Source of the DNA: Microbacterium phage Sinatra
Sequence record: MK937602.1
Reading direction: 5' to 3' (one strand)
DNA: 32,000 nt
Both the position numbers and the translations under genes were made by a program. Each line of letters begins with the position of its first letter. The stretch's first letter is position 1. Below, piece after piece: positions 26,395-32,000 of this stretch. The notes under the pieces were generated by a model, which was not told where the DNA came from, ran no database searches, and saw nothing but the letters and a program-made list of their open reading frames with translations.

Positions 26395-26709
26395 CTACTT
26401 GCGGTGGAAGAAGCCCCAGCCCCAGCGGGCACCGGCCTGGAACGCCTGAGTGAGCTCAGCCGCCATGATGATCTCGTCCTTATAGATGTCCTGGGCGACG
26501 ACCTTGGCCTCGGCGGAGTAGGTCTCCAGCTTGGGCGGGGTGCGCTTGCCCGTGACGCCGGGGCGGAACCACTTGCGGATCCCACGGGCGAAGCCCACCA
26601 GCACCGCGAACACGATGATAGCAGCGCCCAGCAGAGCCAGCAGCCAGAATGCCCAGAGCAGCAGGCCGACCAGCCATTCCCAGGGGTTGGAAGCGTTGAA
26701 GAGGTCCAT
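26395..26709 (-). CDS. small membrane protein (104 aa)
   Basis: MDLFNASNPWEWLVGLLLWAFWLLALLGAAIIVFAVLVGFARGIRKWF...; start at 26709 overlaps upstream stop (TGATG). Confidence 0.65.
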   Translation of the reverse strand: MDLFNASNPWEWLVGLLLWAFWLLALLGAAIIVFAVLVGFARGIRKWFRPGVTGKRTPPKLETYSAEAKVVAQDIYKDEIIMAAELTQAFQAGARWGWGFFHRK

Positions 26710-27521
26710 CACAGCTCCTCCAGACCCTCGAGAACGGGCTGGGCTGCCTCGCCGGTGCCGACCGGCTCGTTGGCGTGGGGGTTGGCGCTGGCGCGCTTGG
26801 CCCACACCTTGCGCATCTCGGCTTCCTGGGCGTCGTAGATCTTGTCAGCCCACTTGTCCAGCAGCTCGAAGTGACGGGGGTAGACGTGCAGGTTGGCCAC
26901 CTGGAAGGTGATGTTGCCCCGCTGGACCTCGGGGTACGTCAGCGAGAGCGCCCCGAGAAGCTGCTCCATGACGTCATCCCACATGCTGTAGTCGGCCCGG
27001 TAGCCCCAGACCGCGTCCATGGAACGCATCTGCGCGATGATGTGCAGGCGGTCCTCGTGGTCGATCATGAAGTTGAGCGCGTTGGTGCAGATGAAGTCGT
27101 TCCGGCCGTTCTTGTGGGCCAGGTTGTGGATGTCCCGGTCGCTGATGATGGCGACGGCGTGGCGCGTGCCCTTGCCCTCCATCATGAACGTGTCCACGAC
27201 CCGGTTGAAGAGCGACGGCTGCGGGGGCAGCTCCTCACCCTTGCCGAACAGGATGTGGCCGTAGGCGCTGTTCACCTTGCCGTCCCAGCCAGCGCACGCC
27301 TGGAACGCCTGGGGGACGGGGGCTTCCATGTCGCTGAGAGACGCGCTGCCCGTGTTGAACCAGGCCAGCTCACGCCGTACCCAGTCCTCGTTCCGCTCGC
27401 CGATCATGGAGTTGTTGGTGGCGATCCAGGAAACGTTGTAGAGCACCTTGTTCCCGGTGCGAGGGTCGATCGGCGCGTCCTTGAGGGCCAAGGCGACGTC
27501 GTCGGAGTCGTAATGCATCAT
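26709..27521 (-). CDS. thymidylate synthase / dCMP (hydroxy)methylase superfamily enzyme, divergent
   Basis: 270 aa; FICTNALNFMIDHEDRLHIIAQMRSMDAVWGYRADYSMWDDVMEQLLG..LTYPEVQRGNITFQVANLHVYPRHFELLDK aligns with TS PCHxxFQF...QRSxDVFLGLPFN...GDxHxYxxH. Confidence 0.85.
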   Translation of the reverse strand: MMHYDSDDVALALKDAPIDPRTGNKVLYNVSWIATNNSMIGERNEDWVRRELAWFNTGSASLSDMEAPVPQAFQACAGWDGKVNSAYGHILFGKGEELPPQPSLFNRVVDTFMMEGKGTRHAVAIISDRDIHNLAHKNGRNDFICTNALNFMIDHEDRLHIIAQMRSMDAVWGYRADYSMWDDVMEQLLGALSLTYPEVQRGNITFQVANLHVYPRHFELLDKWADKIYDAQEAEMRKVWAKRASANPHANEPVGTGEAAQPVLEGLEEL

Positions 27522-27565
27522 GATGTTCTCCTTGCTATGGGGCTGCGGCCTGAGCCGCTATGGTT

Positions 27566-27594
27566 AGCCTACAGGGTGATCACCCTGGGGGCAA
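27566..27594 (-). promoter_or_regulatory. predicted promoter of the TS-like operon with operator-like palindrome in the spacer
   Basis: Minus strand TTGCCC (27594-27589) N17 TAGGCT (27571-27566); the spacer contains perfect 16-bp palindrome CAGGGTGATCACCCTG at 27572-27587. RBS AAGGAG before ATG 27521. Confidence 0.55.
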
Positions 27595-27596
27595 GA

Positions 27597-27621
27597 GGCG
27601 GGCCACACCGTGCAGCCCGCC
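27597..27621 (-). terminator. hairpin terminator downstream of 27629..27853
   Basis: Perfect 7-bp stem GGCGGGC (27597-27603) / GCCCGCC (27615-27621), 11-nt loop; on - strand followed by TCTTG. Confidence 0.55.
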
Positions 27622-27628
27622 CCAGGTC

Positions 27629-27853
27629 TTAGGTGACAGGCTCCAGACGGTGCAGGCCCGTCCAGGTGGCCGTGATGCTGGGGTGCTGGCGGCTGCCCTC
27701 GTCCCAGATGACGCGGATGTCGTTGTACTCCACGCGCTTGACGGTGCCGGTGCGCTCGGTGCCAGTGAGCCGAACCCGGCCTCCGGCGACGATGCCCTTG
27801 GCCTCGGCGGCTGCGGTGATGGCTGCGATCTTGGCCTTCATGCTGCTGTTCAT
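27629..27853 (-). CDS. hypothetical protein
   Basis: 74 aa; SH3-like beta-rich VRLTGTERTGTVKRVEYNDIRVIWDEGSRQHPSITATW; GAAAGG upstream. Confidence 0.6.
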   Translation of the reverse strand: MNSSMKAKIAAITAAAEAKGIVAGGRVRLTGTERTGTVKRVEYNDIRVIWDEGSRQHPSITATWTGLHRLEPVT

Positions 27854-27877
27854 GGCGTGGAACCTTTCGTGAGGGGC

Positions 27878-28081
27878 TTACTTGACAAGGGCCAGCGCTG
27901 CGGCTGCTGCACTGGTGCGGACATCGTAGCTGCCGGTGTACATGACGTCAGCCAGGTGGCCGAGCTTGGTTGCCACCGAAGCGGTCACGACCTGGAGCTC
28001 GACTGCGTCGTTGAGCAGGCGGTGGATGCCCCGGCTGTCCTGGTCGGTGATGGCGTTGGTGAGAAGCTGCTTGATGTCCAT
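27878..28081 (-). CDS. hypothetical protein, putatively leaderless
   Basis: 67 aa MDIKQLLTNAITDQDSRGIHRLLNDAVELQ...; predicted -10 six nt upstream of ATG. Confidence 0.6.
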   Translation of the reverse strand: MDIKQLLTNAITDQDSRGIHRLLNDAVELQVVTASVATKLGHLADVMYTGSYDVRTSAAAAALALVK

Positions 28082-28087
28082 GTGAAT

Positions 28088-28117
28088 ACTGTAGCACCGA
28101 ATTGATCAACTGTCCAA
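28088..28117 (-). promoter_or_regulatory. predicted phage promoter, leaderless configuration
   Basis: Minus strand TTGGAC (28117-28112) N18 TACAGT (28093-28088), ATTCAC, ATG at 28081. Confidence 0.65.
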
Positions 28118-28282
28118 GACAGTGACACACGGGATGCAGCCGTCGTCCCGCCTGGCGTCAATGTAGCCCTCCCGAGGCTCGGGCCTGCGGAGGAAGGTGT
28201 TCGGTGTGGCCTGCTGGGGCACCCCTCCGAAGAAGGTTGCCCCGTACAGCCAGGCGTCCATGATGTCGTCGAAGTAGCTCAT
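28106..28282 (-). CDS. 58-aa small protein
   Basis: MSYFDDIMDAWLYGATFFGGVPQQATPNTFLRRPEPREGYIDARRDDGCIPCVTVLDS; ATGA overlap with upstream gene at 28279-28282. Confidence 0.75.
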   Translation of the reverse strand: MSYFDDIMDAWLYGATFFGGVPQQATPNTFLRRPEPREGYIDARRDDGCIPCVTVLDS

Positions 28283-29016
28283 GCGCTGATCCCCCGACCC
28301 TGGGTCATGCTGCGCTCGCCCGTGTTCGCCTGCTGGCCAGCCTGGAAGCCGTCGGCCGCTGCGAAGCTGCTGCCCTTCCGGCGCGTGGCTCGGGCCTTGC
28401 CCTTGGCCATGCTGTCGAAGAACTCGCCCACCTTGGCGTCACGGCTGACAAGCACCAGCTCGGTTCCGGTGCCAGCCTCCTGGACCACCTTGGCGCGGCT
28501 GTCGGCGATGCGGCGACCCGCCCCGTTACCGAAGCCCATCACGAAGCTCCGGCGCGCTGCCTTCTGGTCGTAGCTGGGCAGACCCCGGAAGCTGTCAGCG
28601 TTCTCAGCCCACCAGGCACGGACGGCGACAGCCGACTGCACCTGGAGCGACAGGATGAGCGTCTCGGCCTGCTGCACGTCGCTCTCGTAGCCGATGATGT
28701 AGAGCGACACGCTGCGGTCAGGGTTGCGCGACTGCAGGACGCGGAGGCTGCCCAGACCACGGGTGACGGCTGCCCCCAGGTTGATCATCTCGCGACGGTA
28801 GGTCCCCGTGAAGGTCATCTTCCGCTGCACGATCTGCTCGGTGGCCTGGCCAGCCTTGGCCCGCTTGGCGTCGATGCGCGCCTGGTCGATACCGTACTTG
28901 ATCATCAGGCGCTCGGCGTGCTCGGTGAGGGCTTCAGCCTCCTCCGGCGTGGTGCTCTCGGCCTTGGCGAGGAGCTGGGCGATGAGCTCGAGCTTCTTGT
29001 CCTGGGTGTCAGCCAT
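28279..29016 (-). CDS. DUF2786-like protein
   Basis: 245 aa; KLELIAQLLAKAESTTPEEAEALTEHAERLMIKYGID matches DUF2786-type N-terminal helical segment. Confidence 0.7.
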   Translation of the reverse strand: MADTQDKKLELIAQLLAKAESTTPEEAEALTEHAERLMIKYGIDQARIDAKRAKAGQATEQIVQRKMTFTGTYRREMINLGAAVTRGLGSLRVLQSRNPDRSVSLYIIGYESDVQQAETLILSLQVQSAVAVRAWWAENADSFRGLPSYDQKAARRSFVMGFGNGAGRRIADSRAKVVQEAGTGTELVLVSRDAKVGEFFDSMAKGKARATRRKGSSFAAADGFQAGQQANTGERSMTQGRGISA

Positions 29017-29040
29017 GATGTGGAACCTTTCTAGCTGGGC

Positions 29041-29199
29041 TTACTTGGCGGAGATGTCAACGAACCAACGGCCACGGGCCACTCGCTCGATGTGGATGTG
29101 GATGGGGCCTCCCTGGGCCTTGGCGAAGCGCACCGCGTCCCGCTCGTTGGTGAACTCGTAGGTCTGGGCGAGGGGCTTGAGGGGCTGCGCGTTGTTCAT
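29041..29199 (-). CDS. 52-aa small protein, putatively leaderless
   Basis: MNNAQPLKPLAQTYEFTNERDAVRFAKAQGGPIHIHIERVARGRWFVDISAK; preceded by the conserved promoter motif. Confidence 0.7.
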   Translation of the reverse strand: MNNAQPLKPLAQTYEFTNERDAVRFAKAQGGPIHIHIERVARGRWFVDISAK

Positions 29200-29205
29200 G
29201 TGACT

Positions 29206-29234
29206 ACCGTAGCACCGATTGATGATCAGTCCAA
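29206..29234 (-). promoter_or_regulatory. predicted phage promoter, leaderless configuration
   Basis: Minus strand TTGGAC (29234-29229) N17 TACGGT (29211-29206), AGTCAC, ATG at 29199. Confidence 0.65.
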
Positions 29235-30101
29235 GACAAACTGAGAAGGGATTTCGACCCGGTACTTGCCCCGGCGCTGGTAGGGCTGCCTGCCCACCTT
29301 GCCCGCCAGCTTGAACCGAGCGTACTTGGAGAACTCGCAGAACACGTTCTGGATGTCCATCCAGCTCGCCGGTCGGCCGTTGCTGCGGGGCAGCGGGGGC
29401 AGCTTGTCCACCGGGAAGTGACTGATGGTGTGCAGGGCTTCGGCAGCCGTGGCGCTCTTCTTGCCCAGCAGGAACCCGACACCCTTGCGGCTGCCAGGGC
29501 CAGCCAGAACGAAGTCGTTCTCCTGGTCAGGCTCTCCGGTGCAGTACCCGAGGTCGGTTGCGATCTGCATGGCAAGAAACGGGCCGAGACCAGGGGTTTT
29601 CTGCAGCTCCTTGACTCGTGTGGCCAGCTTGCTCAGGCTGGCAGCGCGCTCCAGGCTGGGGGCAGCAGCAGGGAACATCTCCTGCATCTTGTCCACCGTG
29701 CCGCGCTTGTCGCCAGGCTTGATGAGGATGATGTAGGCACCGTTCAAGAAGGCACCAGGTCGGGCCTCAACCACGGGGCGCACGACGTCGTCGTACCAGT
29801 CCGGGTCGGTGATCTCTGCGAAGCCTGGCACGTACCCATCGTTCGCTGCGATGATGTCGTCCATGCTGTCGGGTCGGTTCACCTGCCGGTAGAAGTAGGA
29901 CAGGGCCACACGGTCCAGGGTCTCATCCGGGCCGAAGGCGTTCATCAGCCGAAGCAGGTACTGACTGCCCCTGTCCAGCACGCGGAACACGTTGGTGAAC
30001 TTCTGCGTCTGGACGATGGGGTCGGTGACCTCCTTGCCCAAGTAGGCGCGGTGCCGCTGTCGGGCGAAGCGGATAACGTCGTTGATCGTGAAGTCAGTCA
30101 T
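29226..30101 (-). CDS. 5-hmdU DNA kinase helical-domain / aGPT-PPlase family-like protein
   Basis: 291 aa; RFARQRHRAYLGKEVTDPIVQTQKFTNVFRVLDRGSQYLLR; TPGLGPFLAMQIATDLGYCTGEPDQENDFVLAGPGSRKGVGFLLGK; QNVFCEFSKYARF, matching remembered family hallmarks (DPI-x-KFTNVFR-x-DR; AGPGSRRG; C-E/D-x-SKY). Confidence 0.75.
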   Translation of the reverse strand: MTDFTINDVIRFARQRHRAYLGKEVTDPIVQTQKFTNVFRVLDRGSQYLLRLMNAFGPDETLDRVALSYFYRQVNRPDSMDDIIAANDGYVPGFAEITDPDWYDDVVRPVVEARPGAFLNGAYIILIKPGDKRGTVDKMQEMFPAAAPSLERAASLSKLATRVKELQKTPGLGPFLAMQIATDLGYCTGEPDQENDFVLAGPGSRKGVGFLLGKKSATAAEALHTISHFPVDKLPPLPRSNGRPASWMDIQNVFCEFSKYARFKLAGKVGRQPYQRRGKYRVEIPSQFVLD

Positions 30102-30699
30102 TGTACAGCAGCTCCTCTACGATGTCGACCAGGTCTTCCGTCTGGCCGGGGATGTCGTTGGTAACCTCCAGGGTCTCAACCCCGTGGTCAATGGCCCAGT
30201 TGACGATCTTGTCGGTCTGGGTGATCTTGCCCTTGCGCCACGAGTCCTTCTGGTAGTCGCTGCCGATCTTGTCGGCGCGGGCCTTGGCGCGGGCCTCGCT
30301 GTCCTTGGCAGTGACCACCAGCAGCGTCAGCCGCGTGTGCTCCATGGCCACACTCATGAACTTGTCGTGCGCCAGCAGAGACCCCTCCAGCAGGATCCAC
30401 CTGTCCTGGCGCATGTGTGGCATCGGCGCACCGGCAGCCAGCCAGTCGCGGGCCATCGCCTGGGTGTCGCGCTGCATGCCGTCCACGCCAGGGAACGCCG
30501 TGCCCACGCGGCCGAGGGTGACGCCGTCGCTGCCCAGCAGCACCCCGCGAAGGTGCCGCTCCCGCTCCACGCCGCGAACGGTCGCCATCTCGGTCCGCAG
30601 GATCACGTCCTTGTGGGGAGCGTGCCTGTCCGTCACTCCGGTGAACAGGGTGCTCTTCCCGCTGCCGGGGTAACCGACGATGTACACCAGGCGAGTCAC
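30094..30699 (-). CDS. P-loop kinase (candidate DNA hydroxymethylpyrimidine kinase)
   Basis: 201 aa; MTRLVYIVGYPGSGKSTLFTGVT Walker A; 8-nt overlap with the HMUDK_hel-like gene. Confidence 0.75.
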   Translation of the reverse strand: MTRLVYIVGYPGSGKSTLFTGVTDRHAPHKDVILRTEMATVRGVERERHLRGVLLGSDGVTLGRVGTAFPGVDGMQRDTQAMARDWLAAGAPMPHMRQDRWILLEGSLLAHDKFMSVAMEHTRLTLLVVTAKDSEARAKARADKIGSDYQKDSWRKGKITQTDKIVNWAIDHGVETLEVTNDIPGQTEDLVDIVEELLYND

Positions 30700-31040
30700 T
30701 TCGTCCTCCCGACCTTGCGCCGCGTCGGCTTCGCACCGTCCGCGTTGACGGCCTTCTCCAGCAGGGTGATCACCTTGTCGAAGTCGTCGGCCTCCAGCGC
30801 CTTCTCCGCCTTCTCCAGTGCAGGCAGGGCGACCTCGCAGATCCGTATCTGAACGTCCGTGCTCTCGTTCTTCCCAGCGTACTTCAACTGACGCTTGTGC
30901 TGGTAGTACTCCGCAACGCGCATGGACTCCAGCGCCTCCCGGATCATGTCATAGCTCGCCTGCTGCATCTCACCTATCATGCTGCACTCCTTCAGCAGCT
31001 CGATGATGACGCGGGCAGTAATCCGCCTGTCGCTGTTCAT
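30696..31040 (-). CDS. hypothetical early protein, first gene of the leftward operon
   Basis: 114 aa; strong SD AAGGAGG before ATG 31040; ATGA overlap with downstream kinase gene. Confidence 0.65.
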   Translation of the reverse strand: MNSDRRITARVIIELLKECSMIGEMQQASYDMIREALESMRVAEYYQHKRQLKYAGKNESTDVQIRICEVALPALEKAEKALEADDFDKVITLLEKAVNADGAKPTRRKVGRTK

Positions 31041-31089
31041 ATGTGGCCTCCTTGGGGCTGTCAGGGGTGCCCTTACTGTAGCACGCCTG

Positions 31090-31125
31090 CCCCTAACTAT
31101 ATATAGCGCGCGCTATCTGTAAACT
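31090..31125 (-). promoter_or_regulatory. leftward early promoter region with 14-bp palindrome
   Basis: Minus strand TTTACA-N16-TATAGT; contains perfect palindrome ATAGCGCGCGCTAT at 31103-31116. Confidence 0.45.
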
Positions 31126-31309
31126 GGAAACACCCCATAACCCCCGTGCTCGTCAGAGCTGAGGGGGTGGTTTATAGAAGCCCTTGCCCAGACGCTGCGC
31201 CCAAGGACCCGAACCTGATCCATAGCTGCTCACAGCACTGGGCGCTCCTACGCGCCAGAGGCGCTGTCGCGCCCAGCGACGCAGTCTTCTATCGGTTCTC
31301 AACCTGGTC

Positions 31310-31339
31310 TTGCGCTTGCGCTGGGGTGTGGGGTAACGT
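31310..31339 (+). promoter_or_regulatory. rightward promoter, leaderless configuration
   Basis: TTGCGC (31310-31315) N18 TAACGT (31334-31339), TGGGGC, ATG at 31346. Confidence 0.5.
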
Positions 31340-31345
31340 TGGGGC

Positions 31346-31585
31346 ATGGAGAACACCAGGCTGAAGCTCAGCGGCACGACATGGTCGGACCTGCTGGGCA
31401 TCGTCATCCCCACTGTCATCACAGTTCCAAGCGGCGAGCAGTTCCGCTGGGATGAGAGTGTGGGATCGTACTGCTCCGACGTCACTGGCGCGGGGCTGTA
31501 CATTGAGCCTTCGGACAACGAGGGCAACATCACACCGGACTCGTACTACGAGCTTCCTGAACCCCAAGGAGATATCAATGGCTGA
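31346..31585 (+). CDS. hypothetical protein
   Basis: 79 aa MENTRLKLSGTTWSDLLGIVIPTVITVPSGEQF...; divergent to the leftward operon. Confidence 0.6.
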   Translation: MENTRLKLSGTTWSDLLGIVIPTVITVPSGEQFRWDESVGSYCSDVTGAGLYIEPSDNEGNITPDSYYELPEPQGDING

Positions 31586-32000
31586 CAACGACCCGACGAG
31601 CGTGCTGCCCGTGGTCAATCGGCAGGACGGCGTTGTCCCTGTCGCTCGCATCCGCGTGTCCGGTTCCTGGCGCGTGGTGTCCAGTGACTTCGCAGAGCTG
31701 TCGCTGCGACTGAAGTTCGGTGAGCGCTGGCTGCGGCTGACCCATCCGGACAGGCCGCTTCTTGTGGCCAGGCGCTTCTCAGGTGAGGGCAAGCGCGAGG
31801 CTCCGGAGCTGTCTGTCATCGCTGCGCTCAAGCGTGCGCTCGGTGCTGGGGGTGCGCATGTGTTCACCCTGGACGGGTCCGAAGCCCGTGTGGGTGATGG
31901 TGTCACCGAGTGGCGTTACTGGGCTTGGCTTGGTGGCCGGATGACGGTGGCCCTGGAGACCCAGGCCGACGGCACGGTGCAGGTCATCGGGCTGGCGTAA
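31578..32000 (+). CDS. hypothetical protein
   Basis: MADNDPTSVLPVVNRQDGVVPVARI...; AAGGAG before ATG 31578; 8-nt overlap with upstream gene; TAA at 31998-32000. Confidence 0.6.
   Translation: MADNDPTSVLPVVNRQDGVVPVARIRVSGSWRVVSSDFAELSLRLKFGERWLRLTHPDRPLLVARRFSGEGKREAPELSVIAALKRALGAGGAHVFTLDGSEARVGDGVTEWRYWAWLGGRMTVALETQADGTVQVIGLA

Noticed and set aside
26337-26585. N-terminal extension of 26034..26336
   Set aside because: Arg/Pro/Ser-rich shadow translation over the membrane-protein gene 26395..26709; MAEEELIEEA start at 26336 is far more protein-like.
1-32000. Searched for integrase/excisionase, transposase, CRISPR array, toxin-antitoxin or retron-like loci
   Set aside because: Nothing recognizable in the translated frames; lifestyle cannot be decided from this window.

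Overview
This 32 kb window looks like the interior of an actinobacteriophage genome. It is high-GC with siphovirus morphology genes, and the host is probably Streptomyces or a relative (inferred, not proven). Plus strand, about 1-13.2 kb, holds the tail and lysis module: gp10-like neck protein, tail-completion protein, major tail protein, a G/T-type tail assembly chaperone pair with a likely -1 frameshift, tape measure, Dit, a LamG/Tal-like tip protein, a GH18-domain tail protein, an amidase-LysM-(Cpl-7)x2 endolysin and holin-like membrane proteins. A perfect 10-bp hairpin marks the convergent boundary at about 13.2 kb. Minus strand, about 13.25-31.04 kb, holds the replication and nucleotide-metabolism module: RepB-type primase/RepA-like helicase, VRR-NUC nuclease, an SSB-like protein with an extreme acid/base tail, Sak4-like ATPase, PD-(D/E)XK nuclease, family A DNA polymerase, H1-like basic protein, SNF2-like helicase, MazG-like protein, dNMP-kinase-like protein, a thymidylate synthase superfamily enzyme and a P-loop kinase overlapping a protein resembling the helical domain of 5-hmdU DNA kinase / aGPT-PPlase. 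The last group is the most exciting content: a probable DNA base hypermodification pathway. The TS-like enzyme appears to carry Asp where dUMP-specific TS has Asn177, which suggests a cytosine rather than thymine substrate. A second notable signal is a recurring TTGGAY-N17/18-TANNNT-like promoter whose -10 box lies exactly 6 nt upstream of a start codon at several genes, which predicts leaderless early transcripts. There is also an aberrant tRNA-like element, several sub-60-aa genes fitted into the operon by stop/start overlaps, and palindromes at two early promoters. All domain calls are motif recognition by eye; no database search was run.
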